Assembly (NCBI GenBank): GCA_036508875.1
Contig: DATCGP010000012.1
Location: forward strand, 2,162-66,161
Direction of reading: 5' to 3'
DNA: 64,000 nucleotides
Source of the DNA: Coriobacteriia bacterium
GTDB lineage: Bacteria; Actinomycetota; Coriobacteriia; Anaerosomatales; PALSA-660
Shown: positions 39,484 to 49,322 of the stretch, piece after piece
Layout: the number at the start of each line of letters is the position of its first letter
Numbering within the stretch: the first letter of the stretch is position 1
Notes under the pieces: model-generated
Told to the model about the DNA's origin: nothing
Database searches by the model: none
The model's input: the letters and a program-made list of their open reading frames with translations, nothing else
Program-made: the position numbers and the translations under genes

Positions 39484-40224
39484 GTGCTCGCAGCCCCTCC
39501 TATCGCTGCCGCGCTGACCCTGGTCGCACCCGCCCCGCTGGCCGGGCCCGCTGAGATAGTGGTGGCGCTCGAGGCGGGGGAGGGAGCCGGGCGGCCACGG
39601 ATCACGTCACCGGCAAAGGCCCGCATGGTCAGCCCGGTCGCAGCCAAGGCACAGGCCGGAGCTTCCACGGCGACGCTGACGCTGGAGGTCAACGGCACGG
39701 TCGTGAGGAGCGTCGCTTGCCATCCCGGTGCGGTCGTCGATCTTGGTTCAGCTCGCCTCGCGAAGGGCGCCAACTCCATCGCCGTGATCGCCACGAGCCT
39801 GAGAGGTGAGACCACCTCGGCCATCAGGCCGGTCGCGCGCTACGAGTGGCCCTACTCGACCTGCATCGTCGTCGACAAGAGCGACTATCGCCTCTACCGG
39901 GTCAAAGGGCAGCAGCTGGTCGCCTCGTACAAGATTGCGCACGGCAGGCACAACCGGACCCCGGTCGCCACGTGGAAGATCCTCGCGAAGTACAAGACCG
40001 ACCCGCACAGCGTCTACGGGCCGCGGAAGATGCGGATGTTCAGGCGCGTGGGCGCCCCCGGGCACTATCGGTACGTCTACACCCGGTACGCCATCCACGG
40101 CACCAACCAGCCGTCGAGCATCGGTCACCACGCGAGCCACGGTTGCATACGGGTGTACAGCAGCGACGTGCTCAAGCTGTGGCCCCAGGTCCCGATCGGG
40201 ACCTACGTGGTGACCCGGCAGTAG
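39484..40224 (+). CDS. L,D-transpeptidase (YkuD domain); the N-terminal signal-peptide region appears split over two frames
   Basis: Catalytic motif HGTNQPSSIGHHASHGCIRV. GTG 39484 is the first in-frame start, but a better RBS and ATG at 39402 sit in the adjacent frame (see findings). Confidence 0.8.
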   Translation: MLAAPPIAAALTLVAPAPLAGPAEIVVALEAGEGAGRPRITSPAKARMVSPVAAKAQAGASTATLTLEVNGTVVRSVACHPGAVVDLGSARLAKGANSIAVIATSLRGETTSAIRPVARYEWPYSTCIVVDKSDYRLYRVKGQQLVASYKIAHGRHNRTPVATWKILAKYKTDPHSVYGPRKMRMFRRVGAPGHYRYVYTRYAIHGTNQPSSIGHHASHGCIRVYSSDVLKLWPQVPIGTYVVTRQ

Positions 40225-40425
40225 CCTGCGGCCGGGTCTGCGCGACCGGGACCGGCGTGGTTTCGTGCTCCGGAAGCCTGCGGCGACCATCTCCACGAAA
40301 TCAGGGGTTGCATCTCGGGTAACCTTTATGCAAAGATTGAGTGTTCTGTCCGTACATTGACCCTGAACTAGAGCCTTATGGTACAGACGCCGGGCATCAG
40401 CCCGGCAGAGGGAGGAGAAGCGCAG

Positions 40426-41508
40426 ATGCTCGAGACCGGTGCGAACTATCTGGCGGTGATCAAGGTCGTCGGTATCGGCGGTGGCGGCAGCAACGCCGTG
40501 AACCGCATGGTCGAGGCGGGTGTCAAGGGCGTCGAGTTCATCGCGGTGAACACCGACGCGCAGGCGCTCCTGATGTCGGACGCCGACTACAAGGTGCACA
40601 TCGGCGTCGGGCTGACCAAGGGCCTCGGCGCGGGCGCTGACCCTGACGTGGGCCTGCAGGCGGCCGAGGAGTCGCGTGCCCAGATCAAAGAGGCGCTTCA
40701 GGGCGCCGACATGGTGTTCATCACCGCGGGCGAGGGCGGCGGCACCGGCACGGGGGCCGCGCCGATCATCGCCCAGATCGCGAAAGAGGAGATCGGCGCT
40801 CTGACCGTCGGCTGCGTCACCCGTCCCTTCGCGTTCGAGGGCAGGAAGCGCGCACTGCAGGCCGACGAAGGCATCAAGCGTCTCCGCGAGCACGTCGACA
40901 CGCTGATCGTGATCCCGAACGACCGTCTGCTGCAGGTGGCGGAGAAGAAGACGTCGATCCTGGACGCGTTCCGCATCGCGGACGACGTCCTGCGCCAAGG
41001 CGCGCAGGGCATCACCGACCTGATCACCGTCCCCGGCCTGATCAACTTGGACTTCGCCGACGTTCGGACGATCATGCAGGACGCCGGGTCCGCTCTCATG
41101 GGCATCGGCATCGCGACCGGCGACAACCGCGCCCACGAGGCCGCGAAGGCGGCTATCTCGAGCCCACTGCTCGAGTCCTCGATCGAGGGCGCCGAGGGCG
41201 TGCTCCTCTCTATCGCCGGCGGGAGCGACCTGGGACTCTTCGAGGTCAACGAAGCGGCTGAGGTCGTCGCAGCCGCCGCTCATCCCGACGCCAACATCAT
41301 CTTCGGCGCCGTGATAGATGACTCGATGCTGGATTCGATCCGGGTCACGGTGATCGCGACCGGCTTCGATTCGCGTCGGCGCCAGTCCTCGCTCGCACTC
41401 GACGAGGGCGAAGAGTCGGCGCTCCCGACCGCCGCGTCGGTCCCGACGTTCGAGCCGATCACAGAGGACGACGCGGACATCCCGGCGTTCCTTCGCCGGA
41501 AGAGCTAG
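40426..41508 (+). CDS. ftsZ: Cell division GTPase FtsZ
   Basis: [13 protein letters not shown] and the tubulin signature [20 protein letters not shown] lies 8 nt before ATG 40426. Conserved C-terminal peptide DIPAFLRRK. Confidence 0.97.
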   Translation: MLETGANYLAVIKVVGIGGGGSNAVNRMVEAGVKGVEFIAVNTDAQALLMSDADYKVHIGVGLTKGLGAGADPDVGLQAAEESRAQIKEALQGADMVFITAGEGGGTGTGAAPIIAQIAKEEIGALTVGCVTRPFAFEGRKRALQADEGIKRLREHVDTLIVIPNDRLLQVAEKKTSILDAFRIADDVLRQGAQGITDLITVPGLINLDFADVRTIMQDAGSALMGIGIATGDNRAHEAAKAAISSPLLESSIEGAEGVLLSIAGGSDLGLFEVNEAAEVVAAAAHPDANIIFGAVIDDSMLDSIRVTVIATGFDSRRRQSSLALDEGEESALPTAASVPTFEPITEDDADIPAFLRRKS

Positions 41509-41513
41509 CACTC

Positions 41514-41541
41514 GCGACCGCCCGTGTTCTGGGGCGGTCGC
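41514..41541 (+). terminator. Perfect 10-bp GC-rich hairpin directly after ftsZ (U-tract-less, I-shaped terminator candidate)
   Basis: GCGACCGCCC-gtgttctg-GGGCGGTCGC, starting 6 nt after the ftsZ stop. Confidence 0.45.
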
Positions 41542-41728
41542 CTGGATATGAACGTCCGCCCGGCGGATACCGGGTGACGGATACACGGCGGGGTGTCGAG
41601 GAACAGGGTCCTCGCCACCCCGCGGTGGGCGTCCCGACGACGTTCGTGGAGCCGGGGCCAACGCGTATCATCGTTGCTGGAATTTCAGCCCCTGCCCGCA
41701 CCGGCTCTCACGAGGGAAGCCTGCGACG

Positions 41729-42553
41729 ATGCCCGCCCTCAGCACGCGCACGGCCGACGGGATCACCGTGCTCACGGACGACGATCTGCGTTCGGGATCC
41801 GGGATCCTCGTGGCCTTTACCGAACGCACCGGCGGTTGCAGTTCGGCGCCGTTCGCCACTCTCAACCTTGCGGCGCACGTCGGTGACGACCCGGACGCCG
41901 TCGACGCCAACCGCGCGTCGGCGATGGGCTCGCTCGGGATCGGCGGGGTGCGGGATCGGCTGACGATGGCGCAGCAGGTCCACGGAACCAGCGTCGTCGA
42001 GGTGGGGAGCTCGGACGTCGGCGCAGGCGCTTTCGCATCTGGGGGCACCGCCCTCCCGGTCGCGGGGGTCGACGGCCTCGTCACGGTGCTGGAGGCGGTT
42101 CCTCTGCTGCTGTGCTTCGCGGATTGTGTGCCGGTCGTCTTGGTCGCCACGGCCCCTCGGCGCGCGGTCGCGGTCGTGCACGCGGGATGGCGTGGCGCAC
42201 TTGGGGGCATAGCCGCTGAAGGGGCGCGAAGGTTGGCGCTGGCTGCCGGCTGCGACACGTCCGCGATCAGCGCATACGTCGGCCCCCACATCGGTGTCTG
42301 CCACTACGAAGTCGACGCCGCGCTGCTGTCGCAATTCGTCGATACGTTTGGTACCATCGTTGCGGCCCAGGGCCGTTTGGACCTGGGCGTTGTCGTGTCA
42401 GAGAGCCTGAATGGGGTCGGCGTGCCGATTTCGTCTGTGTGCCGTGCCGGGATATGCACGGCTGAACGGACTGACGCGTTCTTCTCGTACCGCGCCGAAG
42501 GCCTCACTGGTCGCCACGGCGCGGTCGCGTGCATCCTTGAGGGCCCGCGATGA
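41729..42553 (+). CDS. pgeF: Peptidoglycan editing factor PgeF (YfiH/YlmD, DUF152 laccase-domain protein)
   Basis: QVHGTSVV, DGLVT, FADCVPVVL, VHAGWRG, YVGPHIGVCHYEV. Confidence 0.88.
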   Translation: MPALSTRTADGITVLTDDDLRSGSGILVAFTERTGGCSSAPFATLNLAAHVGDDPDAVDANRASAMGSLGIGGVRDRLTMAQQVHGTSVVEVGSSDVGAGAFASGGTALPVAGVDGLVTVLEAVPLLLCFADCVPVVLVATAPRRAVAVVHAGWRGALGGIAAEGARRLALAAGCDTSAISAYVGPHIGVCHYEVDAALLSQFVDTFGTIVAAQGRLDLGVVVSESLNGVGVPISSVCRAGICTAERTDAFFSYRAEGLTGRHGAVACILEGPR

Positions 42554-43386
42554 GACGCATCGTCGTCGCGCTCGCCGGGACCGCCCTGATGCTGGCGGGT
42601 CTGCTGGCACTCTCGGGCTGCGCTGCATCGACGACCGCCTCCACGACGCAGCTCACCGTCACCGGATCCACGACCCTTCTTCCGATCGCCGAGGTCTCTG
42701 CGGAGGACTTCATGGCCGCCAACTCCGGCACGCGCGTGCTTGTGTCGGGGGTCGGTTCCTCGGCAGGGATCGAGTCGGTCACCAACGGCACGTGTGACAT
42801 CGGGACCTCATCGCGGGAGCTGAAACCGGCGGAACTGTCGCTCGGCCTGGTGGACACGCCGGTGGCCCGGGACGCCATCGCTGTCATCGTCAATCCGGGG
42901 AACCCGGTCACCTCACTGAACACCTCCCAGGTGGCGGACATCTTCTCCGGCAAGGTGAGGAACTGGAAAGAGGTCGGCGGCCCCGATCTCGAGATCGGTC
43001 TCGTCAACCGCGACGAGGCGTCGGGCACCCGGCAGGCGTTCCTGGAACTCGTCATGAAGGGCCGCGACTTCGATCCGACCGCTGCCGTACTGCCGGGCAC
43101 CGGGCAGGTACGCTCCGTCGTCGCACAGTCGCGGATCGCGGTCGGCTATATCTCGCTCGGGTTCGTCGATTCGTCCGTGAAGGCGATAGTCATCGACGGT
43201 GTGGCTCCGACGCCTGCGACGGTGGCTGACAAGTCGTATCCGGTATCCCGTGTGTTGCACTTCCTGACAAAGGGTGAGCCGCAGGGTCTGGCCAAGCAGT
43301 TCATCGACTACGTGTTGTCGCCGACGATCCAGGACTCGGTCGTCCCCGACGCGGGCTTCCTTCCGATGAGTGCGGGGGTGAAGTGA
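42550..43386 (+). CDS. pstS: Phosphate ABC transporter substrate-binding lipoprotein PstS
   Basis: Lipobox LSGC, GSTTLLP, GVGSSAGI, EASGTRQAF. ATG overlaps the pgeF stop (ATGA). Confidence 0.9.
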   Translation: MRRIVVALAGTALMLAGLLALSGCAASTTASTTQLTVTGSTTLLPIAEVSAEDFMAANSGTRVLVSGVGSSAGIESVTNGTCDIGTSSRELKPAELSLGLVDTPVARDAIAVIVNPGNPVTSLNTSQVADIFSGKVRNWKEVGGPDLEIGLVNRDEASGTRQAFLELVMKGRDFDPTAAVLPGTGQVRSVVAQSRIAVGYISLGFVDSSVKAIVIDGVAPTPATVADKSYPVSRVLHFLTKGEPQGLAKQFIDYVLSPTIQDSVVPDAGFLPMSAGVK

Positions 43387-43387
43387 C

Positions 43388-44374
43388 GTGGCCGGCGATC
43401 CCGATCTGACAGGGCACGACGTCGCTCTCGAGATGTGCGCGGACACCGACGCGGCCCTGCGCGCGCCGGAACCGCCGAAGCAGCCCCCACGGCGCGCGCT
43501 GATGAAGATCACGCCCGCCACATACCTCAAGGAAGCCGCGCTCAAGAACCTCTTCCTGCTGTGTGCGTTCGTCGCTGTGGCGGGCGTCGCGCTCATCTTC
43601 ATATTCGTCGGGATCAAGGGATGGCCGATCTTCGGCAAGGTCGGGCTTCTCAACTTCCTCGGAGGTGCGACGTGGCTGCCGACGCAGGGCCACTTCGGCA
43701 TCCTTCCGCTGATCGTCAACTCGCTTCTGGCGATGACCGGTGCGCTGATCCTGGGCGGCCCGCTGGCGGTAGGCACCGCGATCTTCCTGTCCGAGGTGGC
43801 TTCGCCCCGGGCTCGGGCGATCGTGCGTCCCGCCGTGGAACTGCTGGCGGGCATCCCATCCGTCGTCTACGGGTTCTTCGGGTTGGTCCTGCTCCGCCCG
43901 ATCATCGCGAGCCTCTTCGGAGGGCTCGGGTTCGGGCTGCTCACCGTGTGGCTGATCCTCGCGGTGATGATCGTTCCGACGATAGCCACGCTGACGGAGG
44001 ACGCGCTCGGCTCGGTCCCTGAGGGGATCCGCGAGGCGAGCTACTCGATGGGCGCGACCAAGTGGCAGACGATCTGGCGGGTGCTGCTGCCGGCCGCGAA
44101 GATCGGCATCATCGACGCGATCATCCTCGGGATGGGCCGGGCGATCGGCGAGACGATGGCGGTCGTCATGGTCGCCGGCAATGCCGGTGTCATCCCTGAC
44201 GGCATCCTGAAGCCGTTCCTTACGCTGACGACCGTCATAGTCATGGACATGCCGTACGCGTCGGGGGATCACACCACAGCGCTGTTCGGCATCGCGATAG
44301 TCCTGTTCATCATCTCGATGCTGTTCGTGGCCGCGATCCGGGTCATCTCGCGCTTCGGCAAGCAGGTGGGGTAG
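43388..44374 (+). CDS. pstC: Phosphate ABC transporter permease PstC
   Basis: Polytopic protein with an EAA-type loop (REASYSMGATKWQTIWRVLLP). Start is uncertain (GTG 43388, ATG 43433 or 43502). Confidence 0.9.
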   Translation: MAGDPDLTGHDVALEMCADTDAALRAPEPPKQPPRRALMKITPATYLKEAALKNLFLLCAFVAVAGVALIFIFVGIKGWPIFGKVGLLNFLGGATWLPTQGHFGILPLIVNSLLAMTGALILGGPLAVGTAIFLSEVASPRARAIVRPAVELLAGIPSVVYGFFGLVLLRPIIASLFGGLGFGLLTVWLILAVMIVPTIATLTEDALGSVPEGIREASYSMGATKWQTIWRVLLPAAKIGIIDAIILGMGRAIGETMAVVMVAGNAGVIPDGILKPFLTLTTVIVMDMPYASGDHTTALFGIAIVLFIISMLFVAAIRVISRFGKQVG

Positions 44375-44376
44375 CG

Positions 44377-45225
44377 ATGCAGTCACGCGAACGGGTCAAC
44401 AAGAGCCTGACGAACGCGATCGCGCTCGGCGTCATCTGGGCGGCGGCCATCGCCACCGTCGGTGCGCTCGGCACGATCCTGCTCTACGTGATCGTCAACG
44501 GGATCGGCCAGATCACGCCGACCTTCATCTTCACGTGGCCTCACGGCGTGAACATGGAGGGCGGGATCTGGCCGACGATACAGGCCACCCTCTACGTGAC
44601 CGCTTTGGCGATGCTGATCACGACTCCCATAGCCGTGCTCGCAGCGGTCTACCTGGCCGAGTACGCGGTCCAGGGCCGACTCGTCCGCACGATCCGGTTT
44701 GCCGCTGACTCGCTGGCGAGCGTGCCGTCGATCGTCATGGGACTGTTCGGCCTGTCGTTGTTCGTCGAAGGCCTTGGGATGAAGTTCTCCGTGATCGCGG
44801 CGGCGCTCGCGCTCGCGTTCCTCTTGCTCCCGATCATCGTGCGCACGACGGAAGAGGCCATCCGTGCCGTGCCGAAGTACATCCGCTGGGGCTCCTACGG
44901 ACTTGGCGCCTCCAAGTGGCAGACCGTCTCCAGGATCGTCCTCCCGTCCGCGCTTCCGCGGATCACCACCGGCGTGATACTCGCTGCAGGCCGCGCGGCG
45001 GGCGAGACAGCCGTCGTCATCTACACGATGGGGACGATGATCAACGCCCCGGTATCACCGCTGGACCCCGGCCGAACGATGCCGGTTGACCTGATGCTGA
45101 AGGCCCAGGAGGGCATCAACCTGCCGTCCGCTTACGGCACGGCGTTGCTGCTCGTGCTCATGGTGCTCGCGTTCAATCTCGTCGCCCGCTTCATCGGGCG
45201 CAGGAACAGGAGGATGCAGGGATGA
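44377..45225 (+). CDS. pstA: Phosphate ABC transporter permease PstA
   Basis: Polytopic protein; [21 protein letters not shown] loop. Confidence 0.9.
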   Translation: MQSRERVNKSLTNAIALGVIWAAAIATVGALGTILLYVIVNGIGQITPTFIFTWPHGVNMEGGIWPTIQATLYVTALAMLITTPIAVLAAVYLAEYAVQGRLVRTIRFAADSLASVPSIVMGLFGLSLFVEGLGMKFSVIAAALALAFLLLPIIVRTTEEAIRAVPKYIRWGSYGLGASKWQTVSRIVLPSALPRITTGVILAAGRAAGETAVVIYTMGTMINAPVSPLDPGRTMPVDLMLKAQEGINLPSAYGTALLLVLMVLAFNLVARFIGRRNRRMQG

Positions 45226-46046
45226 GCGAACGGCTCGCATCGCTGCTGCAGGACCAGGCTTCTGTCGGCACGGGGCGCGACAAGTTCGAGGTGCAGCACC
45301 TCAACTTCTTCTACGGCGACTTCAACGCGCTCACCGACATTACGGTGGGTATCGCCGAGCACGCGGTCACGGCCTTCATCGGCCCGTCCGGGTGTGGCAA
45401 GTCGACGTTTCTGCGCTGCCTGAACCGGATGAACGATCTCATTCCAGGCACGCGCGTCGAGGGGAAGATCCTGCTCGACGGCCACGAGATCTACGGCCCG
45501 GGGGTCGACCCTGTCGACCTTCGCCGCCGCGTGGGCATGATCTTCCAGCAGCCGAACCCTTTCCCGATGTCCATCTACGAGAACGTCGCTTACGGCCCCA
45601 AGCTCCACGGAGTCAAGAAGAAGGCGGAGCTCGACGGCATCGTCGAGGAGTCGCTGAAGCGGGCGAACCTGTGGAAAGAGGTCAAGGACATCCTGGGCAG
45701 GGGAGGCCTGACGCTCTCCGGTGGGCAGCAGCAGCGCCTGTGCATCGCCCGCGTGCTCGCGGTCGAGCCGGACGTGCTGCTCATGGACGAGCCGTGTTCC
45801 GCGATCGACCCGACCTCGGTCCAGAAGGTCGAGGACCTGATGGCCGAGCTCAAGGACCGCATCACGATCGTCATAGTCACGCACAACATGCAGCAGGCGG
45901 CCCGCGTGTCCGACTTCACCGCGTTCTTCCTGCAGGAGGTGGCCGGGCAGCCGGCGGAGCTGATCGAGTTCGAGCGCACGGCGGCGCTGTTCACGAGCCC
46001 GAAGGACAGACGCACCGAGGACTACATCACGGGCCGGTTCGGATAG
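45222..46046 (+). CDS. pstB: Phosphate ABC transporter ATP-binding protein PstB
   Basis: [34 protein letters not shown], and the PstB-specific C-terminus [10 protein letters not shown]. Confidence 0.96.
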   Translation: MSERLASLLQDQASVGTGRDKFEVQHLNFFYGDFNALTDITVGIAEHAVTAFIGPSGCGKSTFLRCLNRMNDLIPGTRVEGKILLDGHEIYGPGVDPVDLRRRVGMIFQQPNPFPMSIYENVAYGPKLHGVKKKAELDGIVEESLKRANLWKEVKDILGRGGLTLSGGQQQRLCIARVLAVEPDVLLMDEPCSAIDPTSVQKVEDLMAELKDRITIVIVTHNMQQAARVSDFTAFFLQEVAGQPAELIEFERTAALFTSPKDRRTEDYITGRFG

Positions 46047-46206
46047 GCGTCGCGCCGCCCCCTCGGGTTTCACTTAGGTGCAACCTCATCGGGCGGTGGG
46101 TAGGGTAATATGTCGGGATTCCCGGGGGGCGTTGTACGGGCGCGAAGCCGGTGATGCGGGCCGATAGGGGCGCGTGAGAGACGCGTCAAGGAAGGGTGTG
46201 GATGTC

Positions 46207-46878
46207 ATGCGCGAGGGCTTCCGGCAAGAGTTGAAGGACCTGAAAGCCGAGGTCGTCGCCATCGGTCGCCGGTGCGCGGAGCAGACCGAGTTGAGCGTGC
46301 GCGCCCTCGTCGAGGGTGACGCCGACCTTGCGGAAGCGGTCGTGGACGCTGACGACGAGATCGACGCCCGCACGCTCGCTGTCGAGGAGCACGCGCTCGA
46401 AGTCATGGCGACCCAGTTCCCTGTCGCGCGCGACCTGCGCCTTCTGCACTCGCTGACCTACGTGGCGTGGCACATGGAGCGCATGGGCGATCTCGCGGTC
46501 AACATCGCGAAAGCTGCGCGCCGCACCGCGGGCCGCAAGGGCCCGCAGACCCTGTACGACCTCATCCAGGCACAGGGCAACCTCGTGCACCGCGTCCTCG
46601 ACGCGATGCTGGCCGCTCTCGAGAACGCCGACCTGGAGTTGGCGCGAAAGCTTCCCGAGCTCGACGAGCCGATCGACCATCTCTTCAAGCAGTTCTTCCG
46701 GGAGCTTGCGCGGCTTCAGAACGAGGACGACATCGAGTGGGCGTCGTCCATGGTCTTGGCGAGCCGCTACCTCGAACGCGTGGCCGACAACGCCGTCGAC
46801 ATCGGCGAGCGCATCCAATACATGCTGACCGGCACGTTCGACTCGGTCGAGCACACCGCCGATACCCCAGCGGTCTAG
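46207..46878 (+). CDS. phoU: Phosphate signalling complex protein PhoU
   Basis: Two PhoU repeats (DDEIDA...; ERVADNAVDIGE). ATG at 46207. Confidence 0.9.
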   Translation: MREGFRQELKDLKAEVVAIGRRCAEQTELSVRALVEGDADLAEAVVDADDEIDARTLAVEEHALEVMATQFPVARDLRLLHSLTYVAWHMERMGDLAVNIAKAARRTAGRKGPQTLYDLIQAQGNLVHRVLDAMLAALENADLELARKLPELDEPIDHLFKQFFRELARLQNEDDIEWASSMVLASRYLERVADNAVDIGERIQYMLTGTFDSVEHTADTPAV

Positions 46879-46889
46879 GAGGTCCTGCG

Positions 46890-47567
46890 ATGAGCGCGAT
46901 CGCGGAGCGGTACCGCAAGGTGCTCCGCGAGGTCGCCGACGCGGCCGACGTGGCCGGGCGCGATCCCGCTGAAGTGACCTTGGTCGCCGTGACGAAGACG
47001 GTCGGCGTGTCGGAGGTCCGTCAGGCCATCGCAGCGGGCATGCACGACTTCGGTGAGAATCGCGCTCCCGAGTTCACCGGCAAGCAGGGGCTGTTCCCGA
47101 ACGAGCGCTGGCACTTCATCGGCACCCTGCAGACGAACAAGGTCAAGCAGGTCGCAGGTCACGCCGAGTTGATCCACAGCGTCGATTCCTTGGGGTTGCT
47201 GCACGCCATCGACCGCCGGGCCCACGAGGCGGGACTCGTGCAGCCGGTCCTGCTCCAGGTGAACGTCTCGGGTGAGCTGTCCAAGCATGGGATGACGTTC
47301 GAAGAGGCCGAGGACGCCGCCCGCGCGGCGGCCGGCCTGCCCGGCGTGCTGGTCCGTGGCCTGATGACGATGGCGCCGCTCGGCCGCCCCGAGTCGGCCC
47401 GCTGGGTGTTCCGGGAGTGCGCCGACTGGATGGGGCGCCTCGCCTCGATACACTGCGATGCGGTGGAACTCACCGAACTCAGCATGGGGATGTCGAACGA
47501 TTTCGCCGTCGCCATCGAAGAAGGCGCTACAATCGTTCGGGTAGGTCGGGCCCTGTTCGGCCGGTAG
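46890..47567 (+). CDS. yggS: YggS/YlmE family pyridoxal-phosphate homeostasis protein
   Basis: VTLVAVTKT (PLP lysine), HFIGTLQTNKV, SMGMSNDF, IVRVGRALFG. RBS TAGGAGG upstream of ATG 46890. Confidence 0.9.
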   Translation: MSAIAERYRKVLREVADAADVAGRDPAEVTLVAVTKTVGVSEVRQAIAAGMHDFGENRAPEFTGKQGLFPNERWHFIGTLQTNKVKQVAGHAELIHSVDSLGLLHAIDRRAHEAGLVQPVLLQVNVSGELSKHGMTFEEAEDAARAAAGLPGVLVRGLMTMAPLGRPESARWVFRECADWMGRLASIHCDAVELTELSMGMSNDFAVAIEEGATIVRVGRALFGR

Positions 47568-47612
47568 GCGCGCGCATTCGCGCGCGGTGGAGACGTCCAA
47601 GGAGACCGTGCG

Positions 47613-48152
47613 ATGGGCTTCATGCACCGCGTCAAAGTCATGCTCGGTCTTGCTGACGAGTTCGACGACGAGTACGAAGACGACTACGGCCCCGCCGAGG
47701 AGTATGACGACGAAGAGGAGGCGCCCTCGCGCCCGTACGCGTCGCCCTACGGCACCGAGTCGAACTCGGTGCGGAGGATCAACCGGGAGCCCGATCTCAT
47801 GCGCGCTCGCGACGCGGCCCCACTTCGTGCCGTGTCGTCGATGAGTGAGAGCGCCGCTTCCAACTCGGGTCCACAGGTCAAGATCCACACCATCGAGCCG
47901 AGGGCGTTCTCCGAGGCCCAGGGGATCGCTGACAAGTTCAAAGCGGGCCAGCCCGTGATCATGAATCTCACGGCGACCGAGCCCGAACTGTCCAGGCGCC
48001 TGCTCGACTTCGCGTCGGGGCTCACCTATGCGCTCGACGGAGGACTCCAGAAGGTGTCGGACCGCGTGTTCATGCTCACCCCGCACAACGTGGACGTGTC
48101 GACCGCGGGCCAGGTGCGCGCTCGCGGCGCAGCCGGGCTCTTCGGCGGGTAG
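47613..48152 (+). CDS. sepF: Cell division protein SepF
   Basis: N-terminal membrane-targeting helix, acidic linker, and conserved core PRAFSEAQGIADKFKAGQPVIMNL...GLTYALDGGLQKVSDRVFMLTP. Confidence 0.92.
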   Translation: MGFMHRVKVMLGLADEFDDEYEDDYGPAEEYDDEEEAPSRPYASPYGTESNSVRRINREPDLMRARDAAPLRAVSSMSESAASNSGPQVKIHTIEPRAFSEAQGIADKFKAGQPVIMNLTATEPELSRRLLDFASGLTYALDGGLQKVSDRVFMLTPHNVDVSTAGQVRARGAAGLFGG

Positions 48153-48162
48153 GCGACGCGCG

Positions 48163-48972
48163 GTGACCGGCGTGACCAGACTCGCGATCGTCGGTGGCGG
48201 GCGGATGGGTGAGGCGATCGCCGCCGGCCTGATCCGGGCCGGCGGGCTCGCTCCATCGCAGATCGTGATCGCCGAACCAGACCCGGTCAGGCGGGATCGG
48301 CTCAGCGCCGAGCACGGCGTGGCCACGGTCGCCAACGGGACGGACGCGCTTTCGGGGGCGGATGTTGCGATCCTTGCCGTCAAGCCCCAGGTCATCGACT
48401 CCGTTCTGGCGCAGCTCGCCGCCTCGACCGGGACGGCGCTCGTAGTGAGCATCGCCGGTGGCGTCACGTGCGCCCGGCTGGAGTCGCACCTTCCCGCAGG
48501 CACGCGCGTCATACGGGTCATGCCGAACACGCCCGCGCTCGTCGGCGCGGGGATGAGCATCGTCAGCGGCGGGACCGAGGCCGGTCCCGATGACCTTGCA
48601 GTCGTCGAAGGGCTCTTCGGGGCGCTCGGGGACGTGGTGGTGTTGCCGGAGAACCTCCAGGATGCTTGTACGGCGATCTCGGGCTGTGGTCCGGCGTACA
48701 TGGCGCTCTTCATAGACGCTCTCGCGCGAGCGGGCGTGCGCGAAGGGCTCTCACGGGAACTCGCGGAGCGGTTGGCCCTGCAGACGATGCGCGGGACCGT
48801 CGAGCTCATCGAGGCCACAGGGCAGCATCCCGGACAGGTCATCGACGCCGTCTCGAGCCCTGGAGGGTCCACGATAGCGGCGGTCACCGAGCTCGAGTCC
48901 AGGGGAGTGCGCGGTGCCATCGCGGCGGCCGTGCGCGCCGCGGTGACCCGTTCCCGGGAACTCGGCCGCTAG
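48163..48972 (+). CDS. proC: Pyrroline-5-carboxylate reductase
   Basis: Rossmann segment LAIVGGGRMGEAI, VKPQ, RVMPNTPALVG, SPGGSTIAA. GTG start at 48163 or 48172. Confidence 0.9.
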   Translation: MTGVTRLAIVGGGRMGEAIAAGLIRAGGLAPSQIVIAEPDPVRRDRLSAEHGVATVANGTDALSGADVAILAVKPQVIDSVLAQLAASTGTALVVSIAGGVTCARLESHLPAGTRVIRVMPNTPALVGAGMSIVSGGTEAGPDDLAVVEGLFGALGDVVVLPENLQDACTAISGCGPAYMALFIDALARAGVREGLSRELAERLALQTMRGTVELIEATGQHPGQVIDAVSSPGGSTIAAVTELESRGVRGAIAAAVRAAVTRSRELGR

Positions 48973-48975
48973 GCG

Positions 48976-49245
48976 ATGGCGAGCATCTGGTTCTACGTAG
49001 GGCGTCTTGTCACCGTGTACTCCTGGGCGATCCTCGTCTACATAGTGCTGAGCTGGTTCGCTTCGGGCGCGACCGGCGCGCTGCGAGGCGTCTATCGCGG
49101 CCTCGCGGCGATCTGCGAGCCCTTCCTCTCGTTGTTCCGGCGTCTCTTGCCGCCTGTGATGGTCGGCTCGGCGGGCCTCGATCTGTCGCCCATAATCGCG
49201 TTGTTCCTGTTGCAGCTCCTAGGCAATGTGGTGAGCCGCCTGTAG
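48976..49245 (+). CDS. yggT: YggT/YlmG family membrane protein
   Basis: 89 aa with two TM helices; YSWAILVYIVLSWF...PLRRLLPP-like motif. Confidence 0.85.
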   Translation: MASIWFYVGRLVTVYSWAILVYIVLSWFASGATGALRGVYRGLAAICEPFLSLFRRLLPPVMVGSAGLDLSPIIALFLLQLLGNVVSRL

Positions 49246-49322
49246 CCGTTGCGCGGTCTGCTATCGTGCGTATCGAATGGACGGGGAGTCCTCGCGCACG
49301 GCTTGGAAAGGAACGACAGGTC

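Noticed and set aside
40225-40425. AT-rich island upstream of ftsZ (TTGCAT...TATGCAAAGATTGAG...TTGACC...TATGGT), considered for a specific promoter call.
   Set aside because: Several alternative -35/-10 pairings exist, none with good spacing, so I cannot fix coordinates. It is mentioned only as a probable promoter region.
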